From: the human T2T-CHM13v2.0 reference genome, Homo sapiens
Reading direction: 5' to 3' (one strand)
NCBI RefSeq assembly: GCF_009914755.1
Contig: NC_060929.1
Length of the DNA stretch: 64,000 nucleotides
Part shown: positions 42,506 to 54,049 of the stretch, in pieces
How the letters are laid out: each line of letters starts with the position of its first letter
How positions within the stretch are numbered: position 1 is the first letter of the stretch
The notes under the pieces: generated by a model
Told to the model about the DNA's origin: nothing
What the model saw: only the letters and a program-made list of their open reading frames with translations
The model's database searches: none
Made by a program: the position numbers and the translations under genes

Positions 42506-43477
42506 GCTGATGCTTTCAAATCCAAACCTCAAATGCATTAATGCCTTATATGGCTTGGGCACAATCTTGAGAATTTATTCAAATGTTACCTGGTTTGTCA
42601 GAAAATCGGACAGAGATGGACTTGTTAAGACAAACTCACTTTACTAATCAGTGACGAGGCAGTTGAGAAACATTTTACCTGGAAGAATTTCTTGTCTCTT
42701 GTTTATGAGACAAAAATGATGATCGGATTTGATAAAGACACACTTTTACTAACCTAGAAACAGTATCCAAATTTAATACATTAAATTGTACCTAATGAAG
42801 AGGCCAACAGATGTGTGCACCTGATCCTATGCTGTAGGTGGGAGCACTGCCCTCGAGAAAAGGGCTCAGCATTCCAGAAAAGCCCAGAAAAACCCGATGC
42901 ACACGGCATGCTTCAGGTCCATCTTCATGAACAACACAAACATCCTGTGTCCTCCCCTAATTAGGTAACCTGGTCACGCGCTTCCTCCTTTCTTGATCTG
43001 AATTCCCACAACTATAAGAGGGAAGGATGGCAGGCTAAGTTCAAAACCCACATGGAGAAGTCAGAGGGGACTGGCCTTAAAAAAAGCCATGGGTCTGTCC
43101 CCAAGTCAGTCGGCCAGTTTGCAACGTCTGAGGTGGCTGGGGCTCAATGTCAAATGAATAATGAAAACTCAACTGGGCATTTACATTTAAGCCAAGTGCT
43201 ATGAAGGGGAAGGCCAAGGTGCTAAAGGAGCACACAGCAGGGGTTTAAACTGGTTTGGAGGGCCAGTGAGATTTCAGCTGATATCTGAAAGGTGTAGCTT
43301 AGTCAGCTGAGCAAGTGTTGAGAGGCAGACATGTGGGTGGGTTCGGGAATGGGAGAACTGCCCAAGGGTGCATTCTGCCTTTTCTCAACAGCAGCACAAA
43401 CTTGAGTAATTTAAAGATTCATATTCAAAACCCCATAACAATGTGGCCCCAGCACTGAGCTGAGGGCAGGAGAGCTG

Positions 43478-43835
43478 GTGGTGTGATGCACGGGTGATGT
43501 GGTGCATAAACTATGTGGTGCACAGGCAGTGTGATGCATAGGTGGTGTGATGCATGGGTGCTGTGATGCAGGGGTGGTGTGATTTGCGATCAGTGTGGTG
43601 CACAGGCAGTGTGATGTGATTTGTGAGCAGTGTGGTGCACAGGCGGCGTGATGCACAGGTGGTGTGATGCACGGGTGGTGTGATTTGCGATCAGTGTGGT
43701 GCACAGGCGGCGTGATGTACAGGTGGTGTGATGCATGGGTGGTGTGGTGTGTGGGTGGTATGGCACACAGGTGGCGTGGCACAGGAATCATGTGATGCAC
43801 AGGTGCTATGGTGCAAAGATGGTGTGATGGATGGG
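43478..43835. repeat. Degenerate ~16-bp minisatellite
   Basis: Unit ~gtgatgcacaggtggt, with a recurring variant tgtgatttgcgatcagtgtggtgcacaggc. Confidence 0.85.
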
Positions 43836-44236
43836 TGGCACTGGATGAGTACTGGCTCTGCTCATCATCCAGTTCTCTTTTAGATTAAATTCTCCATGAA
43901 TCACATTAATTTGGTGCCTCACCCCATGCTGTCGCTACCTCCAAGTGGCTCTAATTCTTATTTAGGCTTGAAATTCTTAAGAGTTGGATGCTACACTGAA
44001 GAGCTGAATCATCCTTTAATATTAAGTACAAAGGAATTTCACGGGCAATACAAACTTGAGCATTGTTACAACTCCAGGCAGATATACCAACAGGCAGATT
44101 ATAAAGGGCATATGCTGTCAGAGCAGAGAAATAACTTGGGAGAATATAAACTGAAATGACCACTTTGAGGAGGAAAATTTTTAAACCAAATTATTAATTC
44201 TTCTCTACTCTGGAATTGCTTAAAAGATTTTCTATC

Positions 44237-44650
44237 AAATGGCTTTCCTACATTTTCAGTATGACCCACAATAAAAACCTGGATCATTTTACATTGTGAT
44301 GCAGTGGGCACAAGTGCACACACACACATAGAGACACACAGACACAGACACACACATATACACACACAGATACACACAGACGCACATACACACATGCACA
44401 GACATACATACACACACACATGCAGACACATACACGCACACAGGCATACACATATACACATATCAGACACACACACACACACACACACACACATATCTCC
44501 CTAAACAAACAATTCTGCCCCTTGTATCCTGGGATGCACTAATCCCATGTAATATGGGATCTGTATGGTCCCATCCCTGCTGATCTCCATCCACTCAACT
44601 GACTTCATGACCCACCAACGGGCTATAGCGTACAGTGTGAAAAGCACAGC
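44237..44650. mobile_element. hAT-Charlie MITE containing an expanded complex (CA)n (44318-44493)
   Basis: gacccaca..cattttacattgtga before the CA tract; ttcatgacccac.aa.ggg..cagtgtgaaaagcac after it. Confidence 0.5.
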
Positions 44651-46269
44651 GACTCTGAAACCATGTTATTAATGATAACAGTTTCCACACTTCCACTTTT
44701 CTTTGTCATCGTAAGCAATGGGGGAAAGTCCTTGTGCGGTTGTGCAGGTGGACTCCTACACTGCAGGCCCATATAGGAATGCGTTTGGGGTCAACAGATA
44801 AGGCTCTGGATGCTGTGAAATGTTCTCAGCACCTCTAACTAGGGTGCAGGAGCACAGGAGCACAGCTGTGCCTGTTGTTGGGTGAGTGATTTTTCTGACA
44901 GAGTAAAACCTTATTTCGTTGGATTTCACTAATTTGAAGTTCATGTTCATTGGGTCAAAGGTTATAGGCAACATAAACAAGATAGTAGAAAGAATATTAA
45001 AATCAAAAGACCCTCAATCTACAAATAATTGATACGTTCATTACAAGTAATCCTCCTTTGTGCTTTCAGTCACATCTCCTCTACGAGGAATTCACCTGGC
45101 ACCTCTGGAATAGACAAGCATGTGCCATGGCTTGATCATGAAAGTACCACCATATTTCTTTGTATTTAATAATCTGGATTTTTAAAAAGCACATCTGACT
45201 ACCATTCACTATAATTAACACAAATAGCTGAAGTTCTACTGTATGAGGTATGCATTATAAATGTTTTTAGGTTTGCTATTCAGGACGTGTACATGCATTC
45301 CTATAAAAACCCAGGTGAGTTACTGGGGAAAGAAGATGAATAAAAGTCCGACTATGCGATGCTGCAGCCGTGGAGCTCACACAGTGTGACTACTGCATGG
45401 TGTGGTGTGCCAGACCCAAACGCAGGACACTCCCAGAGTAACGAGGTAGGTAAGGGAGCCCAGTACATCAATCCCACCACTGGGGAGAGCTTGGAAAGGA
45501 TTTTCAATTCCAACCTCATTGCTTGGGTGTGTTCAAAACATCCCACTGCACTGCCCAGAGGGTTGCCTCGTGGTCAGATGGGTTTGGCAAATGGTTAAAC
45601 AGGGCTGTGTGGCTTTCTCCGAGGCATGGTCTCCAGGCCAGGTCACAAGCTAAGGTGCATAATGAATTTCCAGGAGAGAATCCTAGAGGCTGCTTGCCTC
45701 TGACCACATGACAGGAAGCCAAGGAGCAGGCTTGGAACTCTGCTGCACAGCAGGGCTCCCACCCTCCACAAGGGCATTGAAAATGCGGGCAATGGACCAG
45801 AGGCTGACAGTTACCCACCTGGAACATGTCCCAGGGAATACCCCCAAAGGGAAGAGTGCTGGGCACTGCAGCCCTTCTTCTATTCTTTAGGGCAATGATG
45901 TCCTGGGACCCAGGGCATCGGTATGGATTCACCTGGGACTGGTCAGAATGCACATTTCTATATACTACATAAGCCTTCCTCAAACACAGAGGCCCAGCGA
46001 TCTGTGTGTAACCAGCCCCAGGTGATGCTGGCGCTGCTCGAGGCTGATTGCCAGGCTCCGTGATGAGGGAGAAGTGCCCACATAAAGGGGCTGCCTGGGA
46101 GTTTCCGTCACCTCCACCTTCAGAAACAAAACAGGGAAAAATCACTTCCTCAGCAAACGACCCCTCCCCTTCCCTCGGCTACAAAACAATCCAGCCCCGA
46201 AGCCTCAGGGAGAGGTGGCTAGGGCCCTTCTGAGGGCCTGCTTTTGGCCAGGGGCCATAAGGAAGCCTT

Positions 46270-46420
46270 CACAGCCTCAATCACACCAAATCCCCTGAAA
46301 AGTCCTGTAAACGGATATCACAGGCCCATCTCCAAGATGAGAAGCTGAGGCTCAGGGAGTTGCAGTTATCTGACCCAAGCCACAGAATGGCCCTGGCAGA
46401 GGCAGGTTTAGCTCCTGTTC
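46270..46420 (-). mobile_element. MIR fragment
   Basis: cccat..agatgagaagctgaggctcaggga..cccaagccacag. Confidence 0.6.
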
Positions 46421-47971
46421 TCTGTGTTCACCCCACTGCACTGAGAGGCCTCCTGGGAAACGTGTCCACAGCCCCAATACGGACAGAACCATGAGGGGGC
46501 CACAGAAGCCTTTCATGGGGCTTAGAGGCCACAGAGCGCTCTGAGTGAGGTCAGGAGGCCTCTGGCATCGGGCCTGGAAGTGTGGTGGGATGATGGGTGT
46601 GCTCTGGAGGGTGCAGAGGAAGGCACGAGGGTCCACACCAATGGACGGGCTGGTGGGAAGCACAGAGCCTGGGAGGGTGGCTGGAGAAGGTGCCCTGAAG
46701 GCAGGACGTGCCTTGACTTCTGCGGGTGACAGGGCAAGCAGGCTGGGAGTGTCCTTCAGCCCTGCACCTGTGCCTGAGTCCCAATCACCGGGTGTTAAGG
46801 GACACTGTGGAGTCAGTGAGAAGCAGGTATGAAAGGGAGGGGCAAATGGAATTGTCTGGGACAACTGAAGGTATCTCAGGCATCTGCATCAAGCTGCCCA
46901 GTTAGCAATACCAAGCTGAGCCAGGGGAAGTGGTGAGGGCTGAGGGGTTGTCCGCAGAGGCACGGTGTGAGAAACTGTGGCTGAAATGAATTTACCCTGG
47001 AGTGTGTTGTGTGAGGACAGAAGAGACAAAGAGAAAAGGCAGTGCAGCTAATAAATAACAACTGAGGTCTTTAATTAAACATCAGTGAATCTAAGACTTG
47101 AACTCTTGAAACATCTGAAGTTGTCAACGTGAAATAAATATGGCCATGGGGTCCACACTCCCATGTTTTGAAATGAGGGGAGAGAAAAGGGTTTTGCTCT
47201 GCTGTACACAGCAAGGGGAAGGTAGGTGTGAGCAGACCTCGGGATCAGCAGGGCCAAGAGCAGCGCATGGCTCCCAGTTGGTGGCTGAAGTCCGCTCACC
47301 CGGGGTGGCCTGGGGCTTTTACCTTCATCAGAATTTCATTTGAACTTTGCCCTGATGCCAGGCGATCCATGTCTGCATCCACCCTCTATGAAGGCCAGCC
47401 TCAGACAGGGTGGGACTGGAGACAAAGGTGGTCTCACCGGGGCGTAACTGCCCTGGTTTGAGGAAGGAGCAGTGTTTACAGGATTCTCCTAATGACTGCC
47501 CCCACACTGGTCCTCTGAGGACACACGTGCACCTACCTCCAGCGTTTATGCTCTGTGAGAGCCATAACTTCTACGCTCTCTTACTCTATCGGCATTAAAA
47601 ATCCTCTGAACTCTGACAGCGCTTCCTGTGTTTCCTGGAGTCGGTGCTTCTCACCACCCTGCCCTCCAACTGTCTATCCCCATCTTCCTGATGAGACCTC
47701 AGCCACCTTACTCTGGGTGGGACGTCTGTTTACTCTTTCTCACACAGTGCTCTGAATAGAGCCTCAAGAACTGCTGATTCACTGGCTTCATTAAACCCAA
47801 GTTTGGGACTCAAGAGCAAGTTAGTTTTTCATTGAAAAATGACATGTGTCTAGCATTTGCAAGCACTGCGTGGGTACAAAGTAATATACTACATAATCCT
47901 TCCTCAAACGCAGGACCAGGCAGGGCAGGAAGGACTTGAGGCAGGCAACCACTGTGTGCCAAGTGAGAGGC

Positions 47972-48363
47972 TGTTCTGGCTGAATTTCACCCCCGTCCTT
48001 CCCAGCAACACATTCCTATGTTGAAGTCCTAACTCCCAGAATCTCTGAGTGTGACTCTACTTGGGGACAGGGCCTTTAAAGAGGTGATTAAGTTAAAACA
48101 ACATCATTAGGGTGGACCCTCACCCAATATGATTGGTGTCCCTATAAGGGGAGAGCAGGACACAGACAGGCAGAGAGAGAAGACTGTTTGAGGACACAGG
48201 GAGAAGACGGCCATCTACAAGCCAATGAGAAAGGCCTCAGAAGGAACCAACCCTGCTGACACCTTGGTCTTTCAACCTCCAGAACTGTGAGACAGCAAAC
48301 TTATGCTGTTTCATCCACCCAGTCTGTGGCACTTTGTTAAGGCAACCCTAGCAAACTAACACA
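47972..48363 (+). mobile_element. MLT1B-like MaLR solo LTR
   Basis: tatgttgaagtcctaac, gggcctttaaagaggtgattaagttaaaa, gagaagacggccatctacaagcca, caaactaacaca terminus. Confidence 0.9.
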
Positions 48364-48843
48364 GCAACACACACAGCATGTGCAGAAAGAATTCGGATGG
48401 GGGAAGCTCCTGTGGGCTGGGGTCATAAGGTAAGGCTTTGAAAAAGCCGCTTCAGTGGGGCCTGGAAGGACCGGCACAATTCAGGGTATGGAGGGACTGG
48501 GAGACCCCTCCACATAGGAAGGGCAGGAGAGGTGCGGAGGAGGACTGAGCACGGTGTATTCTGCCGAGTAGATTCTGGCCTCTCAGGTCCTGATTCATGG
48601 AAAAGGTAGACATTGATGTCTGTGAGGAGGGCTGGATGGGGTGGGGGAGACTGGGCAGGGCCTTAAATGACCGGTTACAAAGGGCAGGAACCCATAGGAC
48701 CAACATGGCACAGGGGAGAGAGTTCTAGACTAGGGCAAGGGAAGCCCTGTGGGTCTACACATTAGCCTTGAAGCTGGCGGGAATGCCCTTAGCTTCTCAG
48801 GGCTTCTGTTATTCAGTTGCAGAATGACTACATTGAACTCTTT

Positions 48844-48990
48844 CAGTGGTTATCAACTTCTCTGTCTGTAGCAGTAGATCCTGTTTTAAAACATCAAATC
48901 TGAATGGAACCTCAAGATATCAAATGGATCTAGGTGGGGCTCCTATTGAAGTGGGGGAGGGAGAAGCCTGAGGTGGACCCCAAGGCATCT
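48844..48990. mobile_element. MER117-like hAT fragment
   Basis: cagtggttatcaa..tagcag..aaatct..tggaacc..ttgaagtggggg. Confidence 0.4.
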
Positions 48991-49023
48991 ACTCATTAGT
49001 GCAGGCCTCCATACGACACATGT

Positions 49024-50313
49024 ACCCATGAACTAGGCTGAGGGAAAACCAACCAACCAGCCGACCAACCAGCCAACCAACCAGCCAACCAATCTGCCTT
49101 ACATCTTTATCTCTGTTGACATCTGACTGATATTTAACATGCCCTCTCAGGATGAACTCCACAGGCAACCTTCCCAAGCCAAAGGCTCCATAATCGATTC
49201 CTAGGAAGCAAAGGTTACAGGGTGGGGAAACTGGAATCTCAGCAAGACAACCTAACATTGGAATCGAAGGTCAACTGACTAGGGCAAGACTGAGACAAGG
49301 TGACCAGTAAGAGGTTCTGTGGCTAACCAAGTCTAGGATCTGTGGCAGTCAGAGCAGTTCCTTGTGGGAGTTACGTTCCAGGCACGACAGCAGGACTGGG
49401 CTGGGCAGCAGAGGAGGAGATCACAATGACTGATTTTCAAGCCCAGGAGGAGCAGGGAATGAGGGAGGCAGAAGAGTGAAACAGAGAACCACCACCAACA
49501 GCCATTCATAACGTGCTTTATCTTGCTCAAGGCTGGCATCTTCTCATCTGACAGGGGTTACTGTTTTACCCCCACTTTCCAGCTAAGAAGCCCCCCTGAG
49601 AGCTGAAGTGTTTTCCACAATCACACAGGCAACAGGTCCCAAAGCTGGTACTCAAACCCAAGTCTCCTGCCCCAAGCCCTGTGCACTCCGTCCACTAGAG
49701 GCTGAGGTAAAGCTGGACCAGCAAGGAGCCGTCCCTCCAGCCAGCAGGCACGCCTGGTGTGCTCTGGCGGGGAAGCGGGGCTGGGCAAGTGCTGCTGTGT
49801 TTATTCCTCATTCGGGTGATGACAAAGGCAGGAACATGCAAGTTCTCTAATGGACGGTAAACAGAAGAAAGCAGAGGTCTGAGAACTGAACGTCAGGGAG
49901 CAGTCAAGATCCCATCAGGCTGCCCATGTATTTCCTCTTAATATTTGACAATGAAAAGGGTAATTAGGACTCGCAGCAAAGCAGCCTTGCAATGGAATCA
50001 CTTAAACTAGGCCGTGGGTTCTTTCCACGTGGAAAGGGCATATGGGGTGTAGAACCGTGAGAGTCACGCTGAGATCCACACCTTTGGAAAGTTGTCTGAT
50101 GTAATAAAAAATGAGAGTAGACATATATGTTTTGACGTAACACAGATCTAGGAGGTATAAGGTAAAGATTCTTAATCTAATGGGCCCAGAAATAAAATTC
50201 AGGACACCCATGAACTAGGCTGGGGGAAAACCAACCAACAAACCAGCCAACCCCACATCTTTATCTCCACTGACATCTGACTGATATTTAGCCGGCCTTC
50301 TCAGGGTGAACTC
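49024..50313. repeat. Dispersed direct duplication (49024-49159 / 50206-50313)
   Basis: Both copies read acccatgaactaggctg.gggaaaaccaaccaac...acatctttatctc...tgacatctgactgatattta...tctcagg.tgaactc. Confidence 0.9.
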
Positions 50314-50530
50314 AGCAGCATCAGCAGTGCCTGTAATTTTTTCATCAATAGAAATCACAGATATTAATAGTTTTATATCACATTCCTGTTGTTGCACATA
50401 CCTAGAATTACCGTTGACATTCATCACTACTCTAAAGTGATGGCAGTGATCAGACCTATCAGGAGACCTTGTTATTAAATCTTAAAAAAAATTACAATTT
50501 AAAGTAATATTTTGATAACTGTACCTCATA
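50165..50530. mobile_element. MER113-like hAT-Charlie element
   Basis: ccatgaact..acatctttat, caatagaaatcacagatatt, catcactact, taatattttgataactgta. Confidence 0.65.
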
Positions 50531-50644
50531 CTTCTTACGGCAAGAAAACAGGTAATACAAATAAAAACAAAGTCAGGAAAAATATACAGAAAAAAATTCA
50601 AAAGGATTTGAAAAGTGAGGAAGCATAGATATGCAGATACATGG

Positions 50645-51067
50645 TGATATGGGGATCTGTGTCCCACCAAATCTCATGGTGGAATCATAATCCCTAATGT
50701 TGGAGGCTGGGCCTGGTGGGAGGCGACTGCATCATGGGGGTGGATTTCTCATGAACGGTTTAGTACCACCCCCCTGGTACTGTCCTCACAGTTGTGAGTG
50801 AGCTCTCGTGAGACCTGGTTGTTTAAAAGTGTGTAATACTTCCCCTCTTGCTCTCTTGCTCCTGCTCCCACCATGTGAGACGCCTGCTCCCCCTTTGCCT
50901 TCTGCCTGATTGGAAGCTCCCTGAGGCCTCCCCAGAAGCACAAGTTGCCATGTTTCCTGTTCGGCCTGCAGAACCATGAGCCAGTTCAACCTCTTTTCTT
51001 ATAAATTACCCAGTCTCAGGTATTCCCAGGTATTTGCACTGCTATAGGGCAAAAATGGACTAACACA
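50645..51067 (+). mobile_element. MSTB-like MaLR solo LTR
   Basis: tgatatgg..ccaccaaatctcatg, gggcctggtgggagg, ataaattacccagtctcaggtatt..ggactaacaca; ~423 bp. Confidence 0.9.
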
Positions 51068-52407
51068 TACGAATATACAGATATGCACGCCATAAGGGTC
51101 TCTGTGTCTTCCAGAGTTGTGCCACAAATGTGACTTAAATTTGCTTGTGTCCAAAGTGCAGGGAGTTATATGGACAGTTGCTGAGTTCCTGTTTTTGGAG
51201 GAGAGGAGGAGGCCCCAAATGTAAAATGTTGGAGAGGTTAAAGACACAGTAGCCTGATGTCCCTTGGGTTTGGTCCTTGGAAGGATGCTGCTGTACTTGC
51301 ACTAGGGAGTATTTGTGAAGTAATAGGAATGGCAGCCAGATTACAGGGCCCAGGACAGCAACAGGAGCAACTTCCAACCCATCAGGCTGATGCCCCACCC
51401 ACCTCCAGGTGCCACTCACTCCAGTTCTAAACAGTGCCTGGCCACACCTTGCACCACTCCACCCTTGGGGACATGGAGTAGAAGCCTGAGCTGCCGGGGG
51501 CTTCCTACAGCAAAATCTTCTGAGCTTGAGAAACGCAGGCAAACTGGCAATGTCTTGTGGGTCAATTACCAGGCAGTTCCTGAAGACCCAGCAAAGGTAC
51601 TTTTGAAGAAGCTGCTGGGTCATTTCTAGGTACATAGCACCTCTCAGAAGCAAAAGAAAAATGCTAAGAAGAATTAACGCAGTTGTTAGGAAGTGAGTGA
51701 GTTAACTAAGGTCTCAAGGAAAACAGGGGTGAGTCTTCCGATGCCACGGAGAGAAAGGGCAGGCTGCTGTAGGCAGGGAGGCCGTTAGCCTCATTTATCA
51801 TTCATGCCCCCTGGCCCTGGGAACTCACCATGGAATTCCAACAAGGAGCTGGCACTGAGGTATTTATTGCTTTCTTTGCATGTCAGCTTGTCACACGTAA
51901 CAATTAATTTGATGATCCCAAATTGGACCTGACAGGAAACCTCTCGATAATACACCATGCCTAGATTTAGCAGAGATAAACACTGCTGTTAATTTCTCCA
52001 GCAGAGGATGTGAGTATCAACCCAGGGCTGCTTTCATTAATTTCCATCTCACACAATGTGGGCCCACCTCATATTGGCATTGCTCCCTTTAGCTGATAGC
52101 TGTGGCCAGTTTTAGAAGTGTGGTGTCCTAGGGTTGCCTGCCAATCATTTCCCATTTTCAAAGTGATGAGAACGTGACAGGGGACACAGACATTGAGCTC
52201 CATCGGTGAAGAAACAGCGGGCAGAATGAAGCTGGATAAGCCCTGAAACTGCTGGTAAGAAGATAAAATGCGACTAAGAGAAATTGTGCTTTCAATGAAC
52301 TTTTCAGGAACACATCTATCGTGCAGAGTAAACTCCTTCGAAGTCTAGATATCTGTGGGTAGTAAGAAAAAATAATATTTTTTCTCTCCCTCCACCCCTA
52401 TACTAAC

Positions 52408-52856
52408 TGTGATGGTTAGTACTGAGTGTCAACTTGATTGGATTGAAGGATGCAATATTGATCCTGGTGTGTCTGTCTGTGAGGGTGTTGCCAAAGGAGA
52501 TTAACATTTGAGTCAGTGGGCTGGAGAAGGCAGACTCACCCTTAATTGGGTGGGCACCATCTAATCAGCCATCAGCAAATATAAAGCAGGCAGAAAAACA
52601 TGAAGCAAGAGACTAGCCTAGCCTCCCAGCCTACATCTTTCTCCCATGCTGGACGCTTCCTGCCCTCAAACATTGGACTCCAGGACTCCAAGTTCTTCAG
52701 TTTTGAGACTCGGACCTGGCTCTCCTGGCTCCTCAAGCTTGCAGACAGCCTATTCTGGGAACTTGTGATCGTGTAAGTTAATACTTAATAAACTCCCCTT
52801 TATATGTATGTATCTACCTATTAGTTCTGTCCCTCTAGGGAACTCTGAGGAATACA
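52408..52856 (+). mobile_element. 5' LTR (MLT2A1)
   Basis: tgtgatggtt...aataca, 449 bp; TATA-like atataaa; AATAAA. Confidence 0.93.
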
Positions 52857-52861
52857 GATTT

Positions 52862-52876
52862 TGGTACCAGGAGTGG
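52862..52876 (+). other. Primer-binding site (tRNA-Leu)
   Basis: TGGTACCAGGAGTGG just after the 5' LTR, complementary to the 3' end of tRNA-Leu(TAA). Confidence 0.8.
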
Positions 52877-52899
52877 TTGTAGAGGAACAGAATATTAAG

Positions 52900-54030
52900 G
52901 ATGGAGTTCTTTCATTGGTTTTGGGGTTTCTGGAGTTGGTTGCTTAATATGATTAGACCCCAAAATGCTAAGGACTCTGCTTCTAATAGTATGGAGAATA
53001 CTGATAAGTCCTAGGCGGAAACTGTTTAGACTTATGCAAAATAAATGCATTTGGCACTCCTGATTCACCGCTTGTGAGAAGCAAGGAGTTCACTCACTCT
53101 ATACATAATACCTTTGACCATATGTGGAGAACCAAGGAACATAATGCAGCTTGTTGGTTGCTCCCAAGTTCAGTGGACAAACTGATGAAAGAAAATGATG
53201 AACTCAGGGATTCTGTCTCCGGGCTTCAGAAGCAGATACTGAACCTCAAATCTGCTAAGATTGCCCTGAGTGAGAGTCTTACCTCCTGTAGAGAAAGAGC
53301 TGAAATTGTGGAAAAACAGACACAAGCCCTTATGATGTGAGTGGCTGACCTGAAACAAAAGGTTCGTGCACAGCCTCGCCAGGTGTCTACTGTTAAAGTG
53401 AGGGCATTGATTGGAAAAGAATGGGACCCTGCAACTTGGAATGGGGACATTTGGGAGGACCCTGATGAAGCTGGGCACACTGAGTTTGTAAACTCTGATG
53501 AACCATTTTTGCCAGAAGGAATTTCCCTATTCCCAGTAGTGGCAACATCCCCTTCCCGACCCATGCTGCCACCAGCCTTTGCACCTCTGTCTGAGGAGAT
53601 AAACCCTGCGCTGCCTGAGGGAACAGTGATGACCTCTTCTGAGGCAGTTGCCAGGCAAGATAATGTTGATTCTCCTCAGAATCCACCCCAATACCTCTGT
53701 TTGCTAATTAGATACCAAGGTGGCAGGGGCCAAGTGGCAGCACTCGACCATCAAAGGCAAGGTGGGTGCAGCTACGACAATGAACGGCAGAGGCAATGAG
53801 GCAATCAGAATAGTCTGACTAGTGTAGAGCTATGGCATTGGCTAATTAATCACAGTGTTCCTAGAAGTGAAATTGATAGGAAGCTTACTGCATTCCTACT
53901 TAATTTATACAAGCGGAAAGCTTCTAGGTGAAATGGATAAAAGACTAATTTGAATTAGAAAAACAGAATCACGGCTCCTCAATCAATTTCCAGACTTGAG
54001 TCAGTTTACACACCCAGAACCCCTTGAATG
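52900..54030 (+). pseudogene. HERV-L gag remnant with internal deletion near 53706
   Basis: VSTVKVRALIGKEWDPATWNGDIWEDP and RGQVAAL motifs; in-frame stops. Confidence 0.85.
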
Positions 54031-54049
54031 AAGGGGAGGCTGGGTCCCC

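Noticed and set aside
44099-44508. Cys/Val and His/Thr ORFs (likewise 58480-58791)
   Set aside because: Dinucleotide-repeat translations.
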